This document shows positions 60,151-64,000 of a DNA stretch of 64,000 nt, in pieces. This DNA is from Macrostomum lignano (taxonomy: Eukaryota): positions 17,123 to 81,122 of the forward strand of contig NIVC01002606.1 of assembly GCA_002269645.1 (NCBI GenBank). The letters run 5' to 3'. A program made the position numbers and the translations under genes. The notes under the pieces were generated by a model. It did no database searches, had not been told where the DNA came from, and was given only the letters and a program-made list of their open reading frames with translations. Within the stretch, counting starts at the first letter, position 1; each line of letters opens with the position of its first letter.

Positions 60151-61109
60151 ACGTACTTAGTTTTCATTATTAATGCGGCAGAATTGCAGGCACTATATTT
60201 TTTGCCGAAGGAAAACTATTGATTTCAATATTGGGTCACACGGTTGGGTGGTGAGGCCGTATAGCTTTTACTAGGGAAAGATGTCCCCTCTGTTGGCGAC
60301 GCCCTGGATTCACAGCGAAAGCAGAGTAAATGATGATTGCAAAGCTGAGAAAGAGTTCTTGAACTGGCTGAGAAACGACAACAATAGGGAGAACCAAGAA
60401 AAAGCGAAAGTGCAAACGAAAGAGAGCCAAACTAAAAATCTGAGCGAGAAGGAGAGATGAACGGAAAATTTCCTTGAGAAAGTGAGCTTTACTGTTACAT
60501 GATTTGCATAATATTACAATATTATAGTGGCTGCTTGAATATTGTTTAACTATTAAATTGGTAAATCAATAAATTACTGTACTCGTTTATTACTAAACAA
60601 CACTAACTTTCGTTTTATTCTTTCCCCTACGCTCAGCGGTTCTTACTCGTTCATTTATCTTTTTGAATTAATAAGAAGTTTCAATGAATCGTATTGCATT
60701 CGAAATTTAAAACTTGCTCTTTTTAGTATTACTTATTATTTTATTATCTAAATATTATACTGTTAAAGCCTGTATCTTAAAAATTATCTTCTTCTACTAT
60801 AAACCTTTGTCCGACTGTTTAACAACAGTTGAAAAATAAAGACAAAGACAAATATTCAGAGCCTACGCCTTGGGTAAAAGTTTTCCCGAAAATCGTTTTT
60901 ATTTATCGAATTTAAGACGTAGGCTCCGTCGCAAATTGATGCAAATAAAAATATTCAAACTTGTCAAACTGCTAGCGAATTTTGCGTGATTATTACTTAT
61001 TACTACTGTAAGTAAAAAAGGTGATATTATTCAAGCCCTTCTACAGTTACAAATTTAAAATGGATTTTTAGATCTTAAAAATATATCTTTAGCTGCATTT
61101 TGAGGCATA

Positions 61110-61302
61110 AATTTGCGAAAGTTAAAAGACAACAGCACAGAAATGAGGTTGAGTAAAAAATGTTCTGATTGATATCTGTTCGAATTCAGTTTAAAGAAAT
61201 TCAAAATTTGCGAAAGTTAAAAGACAACAGCACAGAAATAGAGGTTGAGGAAAAAATGTTCTGATTGATATCTGTTCGAATTCAGTTTGAAGAAATTCAA
61301 AA
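61110..61302. repeat. About 96-bp tandem duplication
   Basis: AAATTTGCGAAAGTTAAAAGACAACAGCACAGAAAT..AAGAAATTCAAAA twice. Confidence 0.85.
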
Positions 61303-61310
61303 AGAAAAAA

Positions 61311-62933
61311 TTAGTCTTCATCTTCTGCTGGTGATGTCAAAAATTCTTGATTTCGAGTGCTCGAGTCACCAGTGTACGGAGTTCTAGGTGTAGAGCCTGT
61401 GGGTACCTGCTGATTCCAGCTGTTCTGCTGAGACATGTCACTCGTGTACAGAGGCCTAGGTGTAGAGCCTGTGGGCATCTGCTGATTCCAGCTGTTCGAA
61501 TCTCGTGAAAATGTTACCTGTGAAGTGGGATTCGGTTTGAAAAGTATATAATTATAACTGTCTTTGATTAAATTGAAGTGAACACTCATAAGAAGTATAC
61601 AATAATAACTGCCTTTGATTAAACTAAAGTGAACACACATTTTCGAAATAAACTAACCTCTTTGCTTCCGAAACGCAGTCTTATTCTTCGCATGTTGTTA
61701 AACTGGTGAAACATTCGTTCGGGGTAGTGTAATGTCATTTCTTCATCATGTGATGCTTGCTGCTCAGGTGGTGGAATCTGTGTCGCTCGCACAGCCTCGA
61801 AATGCTGCTGGCTAGCTGTGGCGCCGTTGTACCACTCGGTTAGGTCGGAGAACTCTTGCGAATTTTCTGGCCAGTGATGCACTTCTGCTTGCGAACAGCC
61901 GAGGCTTATCATCTGGGCGTACTCTTGGACTTGAGAGCCATGAATCGCGAGAATGTCGCCGATAGACCAATTATTCACCTGCGCAGAAGAACTGGCCCAA
62001 AAAGTGCAGGACACAGAGGACCCGGACCGATCAACGATGGTAACTTTTGCTAAATCGACGAGCTTTCCGGCACCAGTTTTTACTTCCTTTGGCTTCTCAA
62101 CTGCAGAAATGATGCCACGAACGTCAACTTTCCTGTCGTACGGTGAAAGTTTTTGAGTAGGGCAAATTTAGCTGAATGACTAGCAATCAGCGCCCCCCGT
62201 TGGGCAGCCAAAAAATGCATTACAAGTTTTTTAATAAACTACATGTAGCGTCTCTTTGCAATACCTCAGCAGTCCCTTGTAAGCCTTGGCATGTTAGCAA
62301 TTCCCCCCACAAGCCTTAGCATATCAATTTCCCCCCTTGACATCTCATCGATGCCCCCCTCCCCATTAAGCCTTGAAATCTTAAAAAATCGGTCAAGCTT
62401 TTAACCCTAACCTCAGCCTAACTCTAACCGTAACCCTAAAGTAAAGCAAAGCACGAGGAAATGTATAAAAGAAAATAAAGGCACAAAGTGCAAGATATTT
62501 ACGTTTTCATTTGGCATGCAGAAATTTCCGATATCCTCCTGTAGTCCCGGGGACGCCTGTTGACCGTCTCGTTTGAAGTCATGATGGTGCCGCTTTTGTC
62601 AACTGAGACGCTCATCTCATACTCGTTTTCCGTAGTGTTGTACCTTGGGTCAGCCTTTTTGATCCAGCCTCCAGAAATGCGCACTGTCTCGACCGTTTGG
62701 CACATTTCCAGCAATGACTTCAGGTCCTTGCCAAAAACGCTCACTCTGATGTCTGCAGTCTCGTCAGTCAAAGTGAAGGAGAACACTTGGCCTGATCCAG
62801 CTTTGTTGTTCTCGTAGGCGTGGATTTTTGTCAGTCTCGTTATCAGACCAACGACCGGTGAATCCATCAAGCCGGGCAGAAGAGCAGAGATGCCGAATTT
62901 GACCTTCTGGGCTGGCGTAGGGTTTGATTCCAT
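61311..62933 (-). CDS. RPA1-like: RPA70-like ssDNA-binding protein (two OB folds plus S/T/P-rich tail), 3 exons, about 370 aa
   Basis: Exons 62933-62503, 62132-61658 and 61517-61311 (phases 2 and 0; 1113 nt). DBD-A-like: GLITRLTKIHAYENNKAGSGQVFSFTLTDETADIRVSVF..KKADPRYNTTENEYEM. DBD-B-like: VDVRGII..VTIVDRSGSSVSCTFW..ILAIHGSQVQEY..LTEWY. Confidence 0.85.
62180..62450 (-). mobile_element. 3'-terminal fragment of the type 2 Helitron family inside RPA intron 1
   Basis: Reverse complement matches 49600-49880 and ends GCCCAACGGGGGGCGCTGATTGCTAG|T. Confidence 0.75.
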
Positions 62934-63884
62934 TTCTCTTCGTTACTTAAAGAATCTAAGTTAAAAGTAGATAAAAGTGATGCTTGACTTGAAACAGTTG
63001 AGGCGAAAAGTTTACTGCATTTACAGTTTGTTTTTATTATATATTGCAGCCCTGCAGCCACCCCTTCGTCCCAAAACAACTCTCAATATTTTCTCGCTGC
63101 CGTCTGATTGGTCAGCATCTCGACTTTCTGTTATAGCCTTTTTCTTACCGTCCACTCTATTCTATTTTTTAGTCACCCCTGTTTGTAAATTTTAGCCACC
63201 TTTATAATTTTGGTGGCCTCTGATTGGTCCGCTGGTTTAGGCTGGGGTCGATTGGGGGCTGCAGTCAGCGCCAACCCCTCCGCTGGGTCGAACTGGATCG
63301 CTGAGACTTTTTTCATGCAATTACTTTATTTGGGCTGTTTACGCGTGCCGCGGAAAGTTATTGATTTTTTGGACTACAAGAACAAATACTAACAGATATA
63401 ATATCAAATTATATAATAATAACTTTTGTTATTTTTTACAAAACAAAACTGAAACTTACACTTAAACTTAAAAGTGCATTTTGTAGCTAAATTTTCACGA
63501 CAGAGGTAGAGAGACACCAGATAAAATCAATAATGAGGTGATTAAGTATGATGTCTCACCCTCATTGTCCACTGAAAACAAAATATAGGCTTAATTATTA
63601 GGCTGGGCTGGGGAGTTAGGTGATTGGTTAGAAATAACTCAGGAATCAAAAGCCGACAGGGTGAGCCAATCATTGTTAGAGATAACAAGAGATTTGGGGG
63701 TGAAAAAACAGCAAATTTGGGGTGGTGGAGCAGGCAGCCATTATCTGGTTTTGGCCACTGTACACTATAGTATATATAACCAACTCTGTTCTTAACAATT
63801 TCACTATACGCCCGAACAAAATAAAAAATAAGTTTAAAAGCCCACGCCAGTCTTTTTTCCAGTACTATGAATCCGTATCTAAGT

Positions 63885-63947
63885 AATCCCTACCTAAGTT
63901 ATCCCAATCCCTATCCGTATCCCTATCCCTATCCCTATCCCTATCCA
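63885..63947. repeat. Degenerate (CCCTAT)n microsatellite
   Basis: Run of CCCTAT and CCGTAT hexamers. Confidence 0.8.
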
Positions 63948-64000
63948 TTTCCTGGTGTATTTTATCCCCCCCATCTACTGGGATGCCCTATCCCAACCCA

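Larger units (their letters stand above)
50315..64000 (+). mobile_element. Autonomous-type Helitron (3' terminus not seen in the window)
   Basis: 5' TCCTATATACTAAAAATG directly after the CTAG of the previous copy; contains RepHel. The extent beyond 58332, including the RPA gene, is inferred because no plus-strand hairpin plus CTAG end was found. Confidence 0.7.

Noticed and set aside
59395-60160. ORFs 59395..60160
   Set aside because: Products of the 21-bp array, open in multiple frames.

Overview
Eukaryotic (animal) genomic DNA: GC-rich exons, GT-AG introns, TTAGGG tracts and at least 14 unrelated 20-32 bp minisatellites. This style suggests a free-living flatworm such as Macrostomum, which is an inference. 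Four host genes lie on the minus strand: a partial RNase T2 with tiny exons, absent from the ORF track; two tandem MPP8/MPHOSPH8 (HUSH subunit) homologues, one with an intact chromodomain aromatic cage and one with a degenerate cage; and a three-exon SYK/ZAP70-family kinase. From 40395 to the window end runs a head-to-tail train of Helitrons. Two short and two satellite-bearing non-autonomous copies are followed by an autonomous-type element with a 9-exon OTU-ZnF-Rep-PIF1 gene, then a convergent 3-exon RPA70-like gene. The left edge holds an orphan two-exon ORF with palindromic repeats. Several TIR MITEs and CpG-depleted TE relics fill the intergenic space. The strongest leads are the divergent MPP8 pair and the Helitron train. 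All exon models were read by hand and no database searches were run.
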